DNA from: Octopus sinensis
Lineage: Eukaryota
Direction of reading: 5' to 3'
DNA: 64,000 nt
NCBI RefSeq assembly: GCF_006345805.1
Contig: NC_042998.1
Coordinates: forward strand, 55,490,001 to 55,554,000
Position 1 is the first letter of the stretch. Every line of letters begins with the position of its first letter. Positions 1 through 11,480 of the stretch are shown here, one piece after another. Position numbers and translations under genes: made by a program. The notes beneath the pieces are model-generated. The model was given only the letters and a program-made list of their open reading frames with translations, was not told the origin of the DNA and did no database searches.

Positions 1-75
1 TAAGATCGTTATTTAAAATACCAATCATATCAAGTGGCTAGCATGGGAATAAAAACCTCATAGGTAATAATCATT

Positions 76-211
76 ATTAAAATCATAATTAAGGGTATCT
101 AAAAGATACCCTCATGCAAGAGATAGCAGTCAAAACTTGATGTGGTTTTAAAGTCAAGTTTTGACTGCTATCTCTAGCATGATGGTATCTTTTAGATACC
201 CTTATTTATAA

Positions 212-218
<7 letters not shown>
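76..218. repeat. Fold-back inverted repeat, 65-bp arms (76-140 / 154-218), 13-nt spacer, followed by (TA)n
   Basis: The arms are reverse complements with 4 mismatches by eye. The left arm holds a nested hairpin AGGGTATCT-AAA-AGATACCCT (one mismatch in the right-arm copy). Confidence 0.92.
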
Positions 219-269
<51 letters not shown>

Positions 270-270
270 A

Positions 271-312
<42 letters not shown>

Positions 313-599
313 TATCTGTATCTGTGTACGTGTGTGTATATGTTCGAGCCAGTCGCTCAGTTAAGATTTGAGCTGCAATGCCTTCTGAAGTGTATAGCAC
401 AATCTGACTGGCATTCTTTGTGTTAGTTTTTGTAGTAAAATAATTGTACTTAGCTGCAGTGATGTTGATGTAGATTTCTTTTGTCTACGTTTTATTTATT
501 TATTTTTTTCTTCTGTCACTGTTCAATGCTTCTCTGATCTTTCCTCTGCATGTCTATCTTCACATCATGTTTGCAAGTTACTGCTGTCTGCAATAAATT

Positions 600-830
600 C
601 TTGCTAACTTGTCTTATTTTGCAGATATCTTTTTAATGTAGAAGTGATCTTCCATTAAGGCTAGTGCAGAAGACTTTTGGGATTCGCCCGTCTTCCATTC
701 TGCTAACATAACAAAGCCATCCCAGGCGTTGCTGTGCGAAGAGAGCACAAGCCATTATGTTCAGTCCTTTCTTGCTTTAGAATCTGCTCTCTGTTCTTGT
801 CCTTCCTGCATGAATTCGCAAAAATTGGAT
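600..830 (-). pseudogene. RTE-clade LINE, degraded C-terminal ORF fragment
   Basis: Frameshifted minus-strand translation gives QQRLGWLCYVSRMEDGRIPK and KDICK, matching the RTE C-terminal RLRWLGHVxRMxDGRIPK...KDxCK motifs. Confidence 0.7.
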
Positions 831-1717
831 TGCTATTGTATTTTATTCCACGGAAGTAATAGTCAAGGAGGCGAGAAGTTTTCATTTATCCTTTGTTGTG
901 TCATATTTAAGAAAAATCGTTATTATGAAAATATATTCTTCGCTAGCTACAATCAATAGAAAATATCCACCAGACACGCTCTCTTACCGAGCAAAAGATT
1001 TTTCCCAAACAACGCACAAAAGCAGAAAATAATTATAAATGAAAATACGAACTTTTTTTTATAATAGTGATGTATCTGGTGATTCTAACATGACTACGAA
1101 TATATATGAAGACACATACATCAATAACAATAAGAATAGCAACAATAGCATTACTGTTTCCCACATTCATGATTGCAAACATCGCGGCAAACAAGGATAG
1201 TGTGGATTTTAGCAGGTTCCTGTTGCAAGTTTGACAAAACTGCTTTACAAAAACCCTTTCTTTTGCCTATGATTTTCTCCTAAAAAGAAATGAGAAAGCT
1301 GACATAGTTATTATCTTGTCCCCGAGCGGGTAAGGGAGGTAATCGTTTCTTCATAAAGTCTGTCGAGATTAAAAATTTGAATTTGAAATTAGGGAATAAG
1401 GAAAAAGGTGCTTAGAATAGACAAATTAAAATTTTCATTTTCTTTCTGATTAAGAAGTTCTTAAAATATCTTTTTGATTAAGAAGTTCTTAAAATATCTA
1501 GTCAGTGGTATTCAATGGTATTATAAGAATTTCAACTACAATATTTGCGGCAGAAAAAAGCAGCTTCAGGGCTTCATACTCTGAGAACCTTTAAAAAGCA
1601 AAGAAAGAGACACGCGGAGTTACTGAAAATCTCCTCGCTTTGAGTGTGTTCTGAGGAAATTGAACGTAAAGATTATTTCCAAGTAAAGCAAGTGCGAATA
1701 GTCAGAATAGAGATTAA

Positions 1718-1900
1718 GTGTTTTCTAACAAACATGACAAAAATCAGGAAACAAATCCATGTTTTGCATATGGCGGTATGCACATGAGGAAAAATTGTTT
1801 ATTTAAAATATCGGAGTGTTTTCGTTGCGGAAATATAGGACATATAAAGATGCACAGTAGAACGAAGATGACAAAACGTCAGAACAAAGGAAAAAAATAG
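1718..1900 (+). pseudogene. Gag zinc-knuckle region
   Basis: CFAYGGMHMRKNC and CFRCGNIGHIKMHS resemble degenerate CX2CX4HX4C knuckles. Confidence 0.75.
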
Positions 1901-1934
1901 ACAGTATATCATCGGAAGAAATTGATAATATAAC

Positions 1935-2290
1935 GATGAGGAAATTCGTGAAGGAGAGAATCAGAAATACAAGTGTTAAAATGCAGTTGGACACTGCTAG
2001 TAATATCACCATTATACACGAAAAAGTCTTGGAAATGTGTCGGTAAGCTGAAACTAATTAAATCGAAAAAGGTAGCACATAGTGTGACGGGAAAAAGATA
2101 TTTTTTCAGTGAATTCGTATGTAATGTAACATTTCGAGGTCAAACGAAAAAGGCAAAGATATATGTGTTAAAAAGTTCACTTAATTTAATCGGCACAGAA
2201 AGAACGGAATTGTTCAAATTGTGGTATACGTCCATATGTGTTTTGTGTGGAAATACAGTTGGTTCAGTCGAAGGTTCGAAATGCGGCTGA
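1935..2290 (+). pseudogene. Retroviral-type aspartic protease remnant
   Basis: VKMQLDTASNITII (DT[G/S]-type active site at 1990-1998), followed after a frameshift by NVTFRGQTKKAKIYVLKSSLNLIG. Confidence 0.8.
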
Positions 2291-2367
2291 GGGACTGAAA
2301 TAAAAATTGCAGTAAAATAGAGTGGAACACCTGTATGTAAGCCAAAACAAAATTAAAATTTTCACAC

Positions 2368-3046
2368 GATAAAAAGTGAAGCTTGGCCAAAAGTAGATGT
2401 TCCGTGGTCGAGATTACACATCGATTTCGCTGGTCCTTTAAATAGTTTTTACTACTAAGCGGTAGTTGATAGTTTTCGAAATGGCTTGAAATTTGCAATT
2501 GTAAAACACCAGCCTCCTCAACTGTGATAAATTCTTTACACGACTTGTTTGCAAGCTTTGGCATCTCAAACAAGATAGTGTCTGTCAAAGGAACTCAATC
2601 TGTGTCTAGCGAATTTTTAAAATTTTGTGAAACGTTCGCTGTAGAACATATGACTACGGCGCCACGCCATTCCAAATCTAATGGACAGGCAAAAACGCTT
2701 TGTCGATACTTTCAAAAGAACCCTTAGAAAATCGAATGAGGAAGTCACGGGTGAGGCAGCTCTACCTCAACAATTCTTAAGAGCGTACCGTGTGACACCA
2801 AATCCGAATAGATCACCAGCGGAGCTGATGTTTGCAAGGAAAGTAAAATCAGTCTTTGATAAATTGCTTCCTGGCAAGAAAAGAAAAAGTGTCAAGGAAG
2901 ACATAGAAAGATTCTTTAAAGTTGGTGAAAAGGTGTATATGATGGCATACAAGAATGGAAAGCCGAATTGGGAAGATGGCATAATTACAAAACGCATAGG
3001 TAAAATGATGTATTGGGTAAAAAGTAGAAAAGGAATACAAAAGTGA
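2368..3046 (+). pseudogene. Gypsy integrase catalytic core and C-terminus
   Basis: WPKVDVPWSRLHIDFAGP, VSVKGTQSVSSEF, TAPRHSKSNGQAKRFVDTFKR, YRVTPNPNRSPAELMFARK, FKVGEKVY across three frames. Confidence 0.92.
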
Positions 3047-3335
3047 TACAAGAACCAACTGGAAAAGAGATTTGTGGAAAGCGAACCAAAGAAGTTGGAG
3101 GGACCAATAGAATGATTGTTCGATACTATCCAAGTACCAACGTCACTGCAAATGATTGAACCCAAGTGTACAAGGGAGAGGAAACGAAAACATATAGAGT
3201 TCCTGAAAAGAGATGCCAAGTGCAAAAAATATTAAATTGTACGAAAAAACAACTCAGAAAGAGAGGTGGAATGAATAAAAAAATCATGCTAAATAAAATG
3301 ACACTTCCTAAAAAAAAACTTAATAGGGGAGATTT

Positions 3336-3535
3336 TGTAGGGAATTAGTAATATTGGTACACCCCTCCCATGTGACAAATGGAAAAACATAGTCACTATA
3401 AGTTAAGCGAAGTACGTGAAGTACGAGAGTACATAGTAGGTAGTCAGAATTAGTGGTGTCTTTATTGGTTTTACTACGTATACCGTATACTGAAGTGGGG
3501 GGTTATAAACACCCAGTATTTTAAGGATTATAACA
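3336..3535 (+). repeat. Putative 3' LTR (~200 bp)
   Basis: Starts TGTAG 3 nt after the PPT AATAGGGGAGA and ends TAACA. No matching 5' LTR was found. Confidence 0.55.
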
Positions 3536-5698
3536 GAGTGAAAGAAAATCAATTAATTATGATTTTATTCAGCATATTCCCCTCCCAGATTTACACACTT
3601 ATTGTAGCGGCACTTCAGTTTTCCTGACCTTTGTAAAGGAACTCGGAAGGCTGGGCTTCTAACCAGGCCTTTCATGATGTGTTTAATCCTTTGCAGACGG
3701 AGCCTCATTTGGAGTTTCAGCGCCAAAAAGACCTACAGATGGAATACACATTTTTTTTTTTTTTTACATTTAAAATAAAGTCATGACTTTACATATATAA
3801 AACTATATATATCCTTGTAGGAAATTGAATGAAACTAACACAGTCTTTCTTCGTCATTTGATTTTTCGGACGATAGATTGGCCCTGTCATCTACTAAGGG
3901 TTAAAGCCAGGAACTTTTTAGCACCCCTTAAAGAAGCAGGGTGTGGAAACGAGAAAGTGAGCAACAAGCTCAGTTTGATTTACTAAACTCGTGAGTATGA
4001 TGCACCAACATGGCGGCAATCCAAGATTAAAACAAATATGGGTATGCCTATTTGTAAATTTAATTACACACAAGCTGAAACACACATATTTTAATGCGTA
4101 TCTTTATATGTAAATATACAAATATACTTTTCGTTTAAGTGTATATCTCCACATGTGATTGTAAATCTATCCTATAATCGATAGATTTTTGAATGATTTA
4201 ACTGCGGTTGAATTAATGGTTTCATTGTATTGATCCTGAGATATATAGACATCAAATTTTCATCCGCTCGAAATTAGAACATTATAGTCGAGGTGATACC
4301 TTAAACTAGATACTATAATCCCCTTCCTCGAGTCCTATATAATTCATGCTACATCTCTAGCTCCATATATATTTAAATATGTAATGACCTTCAAAGTGAC
4401 TGTCTGGTTCGAGTATGGTATTTACCCCTCTGCTAATATATAGTCAAGTTGTTAAAGAGATACATGCCTGCCTAGGCGCCAGATATATCCACTTTTAAAT
4501 TCTTTAATGTAATGGTCTTTACTATAAAGCAATAATATTAGGTCCCTTAACTAAAGAGAATATGTAACGCCCTTGTTATAGAATTATGTATCTATTCACT
4601 TGTTTGTATATGAATCTAGCTCTCTTATCTAGCTGTTTATCTCGTGTGTGTTGTGTATATATATATATATATATATAATATATATATATTATGTATGTAT
4701 GTATGTATTATTATGTATGTATGTATGTATGTATGTATGTATGTGTGTGTATATATGTGTTGTGTGTGTGTGTGTGTTGTGTGTGTGTGTGTGGTGTGTG
4801 GTGTGTGCGTGCGTGTGAATATATGGGTCGGCTCATTTAATTATCTGTTGTTTTCTCTTATCCTCAGTAATTTAATATATGCATACATACTTACATGCAT
4901 ACATTATATCGTACATATTTTACATGTTTCATTCATTAGACTGCAGTCATACTGGGGCACAACTTTCAAAGGTTTTAATCTGAAATTTATTCTACCGCTA
5001 AGTTACGGGAACATAAGACAAACACGATTGACAAAGGAGGTGGGGTAGAAACAATCGCAAAGACACATGCACACACACACACACACACACACATATACAA
5101 GCATATATATATATTGTGAGTGCATTTAGTAAAAAGAAACTGAAAGAAGGCCGTCGTATATATATGTGAGTGCGAGTGTATGCGTGTGTGTGTGTGGTGT
5201 GTGTGTGCACGCGCGCTAGTATGTATATATAAATTACAAACCACACTGCAACTTAAATAAGAATGTAAAACACATTCTTTCTATATTAGCGGCTTGTTGA
5301 AAAAAAGCGGGAGCGTGTCCCCTGATAGACCATTTTATGATTTGTTGACCACTCCTCAGAGAAGTACCCGGCTCTCTTTCCTAATCAAACAGCATAGATC
5401 AGCCGCTCATAAAGTAGTCATAAATTAGGTCAGCACGCTGGTGGATAGTCTAATTTGCACATTTGTACTTTTGATGGCTCGGCATAAATTAAACAATATT
5501 TATTGTTTTAAGACAGAAGAACTAAAGTAAATTTAATTATAATGCTTCGCTGTAAAATAAATAAGAATTTATACGCCTTCATTCTAACTATTGACATACA
5601 GTACAAAAGGAGAGAGTATCCTGATGGGTCCAATGCATATATAACCATTTGTATGCATTCTGTGTGTGATTAGGATTATGCGCGTATGTATGCATAGT

Positions 5699-5876
5699 GG
5701 CAGTGTGGCTGTGTGGTAGTGTGGCTGTGTGGTACGTAGCTTGCTAACCAACCACATGGTTCCGGGTTCAGTCCCACTGCGTGGCATCTTGGACAAGTGT
5801 CTTCTGCTATAGCCCCGGGCCGACCAATGCCTTGTGAGTGGATTTGGTAGACGGAAACTGAAAGAAGCCTGTCGTA

Positions 5877-5938
<62 letters not shown>

Positions 5939-6163
5939 GGTGTGTTAGTGTGTCTGTGTTTGTCCCCCTAGCATTGCTTGACAACCGATGCTGGTGTGTT
6001 TACGCCCCCGTCACTTAGCGGTTCGGCAAAAGAGACCGATAGAATAAGTACTGAGCTTACGAAGAATAAGTCCCGGGGTCGATTTGCTTGACTAAAGGCG
6101 GTGCTCCAGCATGGCCGCAGTCAAATGACTGAAACAAGTAAAAGAGTAAAAGAGTAAAGAGTA
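5699..6163 (+). mobile_element. tRNA-derived SINE family A, full length
   Basis: A-box-like TGGCTGTGTGG and B-box-like GGTTCAGTCC, central (TA)n(TG)n, (AAGAGT)n-type tail. Head 16-mer is duplicated. About 11 copies in the window. Confidence 0.9.
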
Positions 6164-6311
6164 TAGGGAAAATTTTTTTCTCAACACGTGTTATTGAGAC
6201 GGCTATATTCAAATCTTTTTAACTTATATTTGTAATCCTAAATTCTTTGGGTCCAATTACCTCTCAAGACTAACAACCAGCACTGATAATAACCAGAGAA
6301 TTTTAAATAAT

Positions 6312-6753
6312 GGATCTTTTCGGTTTGAACGGCAGTTTTTTAAAATAATATCCACGTAACTAAACACTTTTAAACTTCGTATACTGGTAGAACGTGTTTA
6401 TAAAACATCTTTTTTTCTTGGCTTTATTGAGAAAATTCTATAGTTTGTAAGATATTTGCTGTTGTTGTTTTTTTCTTCAATTTCTGCGATTTCAACCAAT
6501 CAATGACGTCTATTGAGGTGAAAAACATTCTGTGTCGTATGAATATGTCCCTCGTTTAAGAAACAGATTGAGTTTATTTACATTTCTGAAGAAAAAAGAT
6601 ACCCATCTCCCCACCCCTAATACTAACTAACCCTAACTAACCCTAACCCTAAAACAGATTGAAATGCAATAGAACGATACTAGGGTCATAATTATGGGTG
6701 ACAATTTCATATGACACCGCTAGAGAAAACTGCCGTTCAAACCAAAAATATCC
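6312..6753. mobile_element. MITE with 28-bp TIRs, 8-bp TSD TAAATAAT and internal telomere-like (CCCTAA/CTAA) repeats
   Basis: TIRs GGATCTTTTCGGTTTGAACGGCAGTTTT / AAAACTGCCGTTCAAACCAAAAATATCC. TSD at 6304-6311 and 6754-6761. Confidence 0.9.
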
Positions 6754-7416
6754 TAAATAATTTTAACAACACAACCCAAGGCTTCTAGCCAGTAATTAAA
6801 TTTCAGGTGTCAAATCTTATTTAAAAATTTCAAATAATCGAAAGCTGAAAACTTCCTTACTCTGAATGTTACAATGAACATATCAGTAATAGATATTATC
6901 GCCGATAGGTTATGCATCAACAGCAGGAAACAATGACGAAACGCTACATCACATCGCACAAAATCAAAATTTCATAGAAAAACTGTCTTACATAGAATAC
7001 CCAATAATCTAGGAAGGAAATAACATGGAATTATGTTAGCAAATATAATGCAAAACTCCAAAAATATAAAGCACTTCCTAAAGACAAAATAACATCACAC
7101 ACAACTCTAAAGCGAATGAAATCTTTTGTTAATGGTCAAAAGATTTAACGAATGAAAGACAGATACCGCAATGTTTCCATTATTCTCATCTTCAATAAGA
7201 ATGAGTATTATAACTACCACTGCAATAACTTCTTCCAGTAAATGATATTTGGAAATTCTTCAAATATTGAATGCCCTAGGAAATGTATTGTTCCACTTCG
7301 AACACATAGGGAGCAGTAAGAACGTAACAATAATCCGCACAAAAAGTGCTGAAACGGGAGCACAGATTATTTTTTTCAATAACATGTTTTTTCAATAACA
7401 TATATATATGTTCAAA

Positions 7417-7806
7417 GGCGCAGTAGTGGCTGTGTGGTAAGTAGCTTGCTAACCAACCACATGGTTCCGGGTTCAGTCCCACTGCGTGGCATCTTGGGCA
7501 AGTGTTCTTCTGCTATAGCTCCGAGCCGACCAATGCCTTGTGAGTGGATTTGGTAGACGGAAACTGAAAGAAGCCTGTCGTATATATGTATATATATATG
7601 TATGTGTGTTTGTGGTCTGTTTTTTTTTTGTCCCCCTAGCATTGCTTGACAACTGATGCTGGGTGTTTTTACGTCCCCGTCACTTAGCGGTTCGGCAAAA
7701 GAGACCGATAGAATAAGTACTGGGCTTACAAAGAATAAGTCCCGGGGTCCGATTTGCTCGACTAAAGGCGGTGCCCAGCATGGCCGCAGTCACATGACTG
7801 ACAAAC
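7417..7806 (+). mobile_element. SINE family A
   Basis: Colinear with the 5699 copy. Confidence 0.9.
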
Positions 7807-8247
7807 AGATTAATAGAGTACAATAGTATATTCACATCTCACACATACATATACATTCACCCATACACACACTCGCACATAAACATGCGATACACATACA
7901 CCGTCATACCCCCCCTTTTTCCCCCATGCTTGTCATATATCTGTATGTAAAGCGGGTTTGTGTAGACCGTCTACGCCACCTTCTTTTCTGATAAACTATT
8001 CAGGAAAATTATTTGGTTGATTGGCAGAATCGTAAATACTATAGGCAAGGTGAATTGTAGTATTACGGCCCTTTACGTTCTAGTTTCGAATACTACAGTG
8101 GCCGACTTTTCCTTTCACTCTTCAGAGAAAATGCTCAGTTAGGATTTAGAGAATCTCTGGAGAAAATGATCGGAATTTGGTCGGAGTTACGAGGGTTGTT
8201 GATTTTCACCACTATGTAAGGTGTCTTGGTTTGTATTATATACAAAT

Positions 8248-8758
8248 CTAGCAGTATCGCCCGGCGTTGCTCGGGTTTGTAAGGGAAATAACTATATAAG
8301 CATTTTTAGAGAGTTACTTCCCTTATAGATGCCAATTCGGGCTTTCTTAGCCATTTCTGTTTTGGTGTCTTCAAGCCGTGAAGTCGCTGTTCTAAAAGAA
8401 CGCTGGTCTCCTTGACAACGCTTTACGACGTTGATTTCCTTACACTCCCTTCCCCACAGCTTCACGAGGGAGGGAAGAAGGGGGAGAAGCAAACAGGTGC
8501 AGGTGTGACCATGGACGCCAACTCCGCCACCATCGACACACTTAAAATTATGCATTAAAATGGAATAAAAAATGATGTTAAATTATTTTTAAAATCGTAG
8601 ACTCATCGTAGACGCGCGCTAATAGCCAGAGACGGGCTCGATATGAATCACGACTATAATATCCCGAATTTGGTTAAACTGCACCGCAAAATGTGGAGTA
8701 GTTAGGAATCTAAATCGAAGGGGACAGACACTCACACAACTACAGTTTTATATATATA
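8248..8758 (-). mobile_element. Non-autonomous Helitron family 1, copy 1 of a tandem pair
   Basis: On the minus strand it ends CCCG-AGCAACGC-CGGG-CGATACTG-CTAG (subterminal hairpin plus CTAG). Confidence 0.85.
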
Positions 8759-9265
8759 CTAGAGTATCGCCCGGCGTTGCTCGGGTTTGTAAGGGAAATA
8801 ACTATATAAGCATTTTTAGAGAGTTACTTCCCTTATAATTCGGGCTTTCTTAGCCATTTTTTGTTTTGGTGTCTTCAAGCCATGAAGTCGTTGTTCTAAA
8901 AGAACGCTGGTTTCCTTCACAACGCATTACGACGTTTGATTTCTTTACACTCCCTTCCCCACAGCTTCACGAGGGAGGGAAGGGGGAGAAGCAAACAGGT
9001 GCAGCTGTGAGCGTGGACGCCAACTCTCCGCCACCATCGACACACGATGCATTTTATGCATTAAAATGGAATAAAAAATGATGTTAATTATTTTTTAAAT
9101 CGTAGACTCATCGTTGACGCGCGCTAATAGTCAGACGGGCTCGATATGAATCACGACTATAAGATACCCGAATTTGGTTAAACTGCACCGCAAAATGTGG
9201 GAGGAGTTAGGAATCTAAATCGAAGGGGACAGACACTCACACAACTAGAGTTTTATATATATAGA
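8759..9265 (-). mobile_element. Non-autonomous Helitron family 1, copy 2 (head-to-tail)
   Basis: Near-identical to 8248-8758. Its 5' TC is at 9265-9264, after an A. Confidence 0.85.
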
Positions 9266-9284
9266 TTTTTTGGGCTTTTGTATC

Positions 9285-9485
9285 AGGTGAAATCGTTAGC
9301 ACGCCGGAAAAAATGCTTAGCGGCATTTTGTCCGTCTTTACGTTGTGAGCTTAAATTCAACCGAAGTTGACTTTGCCTTTCATCCTTCTGCCGCCGATAA
9401 AATAAATACCATTAAGCATTCGGGTCGATGTAATCGACTAGCCCCCTTCCCCAGAATTTAAGGTATTGTATATACAGTAGAAGGG

Positions 9486-9515
<30 letters not shown>
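9285..9515 (+). mobile_element. SINE family B with (ATT)n tail
   Basis: Contains ATCGTTAGCACGCCGG...TTGCCTTTCATCCTT...GGTCGATGTAATCGAC and an (ATT)n tail. Confidence 0.85.
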
Positions 9516-9516
<1 letters not shown>

Positions 9517-9738
9517 GGACGGTGAGCTGACAGAATCGTTAGTACGCTGGCCAAAATGCTTAGCGGCATTTCGTCCGTCTTTACGTTCTGAGTTCAAATT
9601 CCGCCAAGGTCAGCTTTGCCTTTCATCCTTTCATGGTCGATAAACTAAGTATTAGTGAAACAGTGAAGTCGATGTAATCGACTAGTTCCCTCGCCCAAAA
9701 TTTCGGGCCTTGTGCCTTTAGTAGAAAGGATTATTATT
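9517..9738 (+). mobile_element. SINE family B, inserted in the tail of the previous copy
   Basis: GGACGGTGAGCTGACAGAATCGTTAG head, GAGTTCAAATTCC B-box, same body as the previous copy. Confidence 0.88.
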
Positions 9739-9742
9739 AGTG

Positions 9743-9782
<40 letters not shown>

Positions 9783-10420
9783 GATGATGATGATGATGAT
9801 GATGCTGTTTGCTGTTGCCGTCATCATCGCCATCGTTGTCATCATCATTAAAATCTTATTTATTTTGCTATCAGATTGACGCAAGAAAGAGAGCAAGAAC
9901 AATGAAAACAAAAGCTACGAAAACAAATGCACAAACACTCGAGACAAAGAAATAGAGACAATTAAGAAATAATACGGAGATATTACATGTGTTTCGTAAG
10001 TAATTTTTATAATAAAAATTCGCCTCAAAACAAGCTGCAAGCTGTCCCTTTACAGTCGCCGATCATTTAAGCAGCAACGGTCAATTACAGGCTAGCTGAG
10101 ATGCGTAATGAATAAAGCTATGTGTATTATCATCATGAGCCGTTGCGGGTGGACACGTACAAAACGGAAACACCGCAGTCACTGTCTCCCATTTTGCTAA
10201 AGTCATTTTCGACGTTTGGTTGAAATCATTCACATGATATATTGCCGCTACACCCTTTAGGATGTGTGTGTGGTGTGTGTGTGTGTGTTTGCGTGCGCGA
10301 GACAGAAAAAATGTGTGGGTTTGCGCGTGTGTGAATCGTGTGAGTATGTGTATGTGCACGTACTTGCGTGTTTGTGTGCGTAATAAACGTATACACACAT
10401 ACACACACATACACGCACAT

Positions 10421-10464
<44 letters not shown>

Positions 10465-10515
10465 TTATGCATATAAAGAGACGTATATCTACATGTGTAT
10501 ATATATAAATTTAGA

Positions 10516-10546
<31 letters not shown>

Positions 10547-10923
10547 GATTGACTTTGCGTGAGAAGTATGTGTTTATGTGTAAGGGCATACATATCTATA
10601 TATATATAAATATATATCTTTATATATATATGTGTGTGTGTGTGTGTGTTCGATTGAGGATGAGGCTGTGTGCGCATGCGCGCGTGAATATGTGTCTGCG
10701 TGCGTACTTGACTATTTGTTTGAGAGGAAACTGAGCATTTCCGTTAAAGAGTCAAAATATCTTCCCAATTACGGTGTACATTTACAGCCGCCAGGCGAAT
10801 TACAAATAACATCATTACAACTGTAATTAACTTCGTCTTGGAATGATTTTCACTCATGAACACGCTCGGCATTACTCTCATATTCCCTCTTTTGTCATTC
10901 ATTCGTTTGTTTGTTTTTTTATT

Positions 10924-10924
<1 letters not shown>

Positions 10925-10960
<36 letters not shown>

Positions 10961-11480
10961 CTCACACCCTCACTCCCTCCCCTTCTCTCTCTCGTTGTGT
11001 CTTCTTTTTCCCTCGTTACTTTTTCCCTTTATTTAAATCATGAATTTTTCTTATTTTTCTTTCCTCTTTCTTCTCTTTCCGTTTTCATTCCTCTTTCCTT
11101 TCTTTATTTTTTACTGCGTTTTTTTTAGCTACTCTCTTTTTTATTTTAATCATTCCTATCTCTCTTTTTTAACATTATCCCCATTTTACCTTTTCCTCTG
11201 CTTGCTCTCCATCTTTTCCTTCTCCCTTCTTTCTCTCCTCTCATTCCTCTGTCCCTACCTCTCTCTCTTACACACGCACTCTCTCTCTGTCTCTCGCTTT
11301 CCTCTCCACAACTACCCCCATTTCTTTTTATTTTCACAATATTTTGTACTTTCATTAAATGTCTTCCAGCATCCTTTCTCTCATTCTTTCCTTATTTTAT
11401 TTGTCCATTTCTCTCATTATTCCTCCCTTCTGCTCTTTCGTTTTTTTTTCTTTATTACCGTCATTCCCTCTCCACTGTTT
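10925..11480. repeat. Polypyrimidine/(CT)n low-complexity tract
   Basis: The + strand is almost entirely C/T. Confidence 0.85.

Larger units (their letters stand above)
1690..3535 (+). mobile_element. Ty3/Gypsy LTR retrotransposon remnant (gag knuckle, protease, integrase, PPT, putative 3' LTR; RT-RNaseH missing)
   Basis: Colinear CCHC knuckle, aspartic protease motif, integrase core, polypurine tract at 3322-3332 and a TG...CA segment. Multiple stops and frameshifts. Confidence 0.88.

Noticed and set aside
1447-1499. 25-bp direct duplication TGATTAAGAAGTTCTTAAAATATCT as a possible TSD or LTR edge
   Set aside because: The copies are only 3 nt apart with nothing inserted between them, so this is a simple local slippage duplication.
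5699-5780. SINE heads as tRNA genes
   Set aside because: A/B-box-like words are present, but no cloverleaf or acceptor stem could be formed and the sequence continues into the SINE body.
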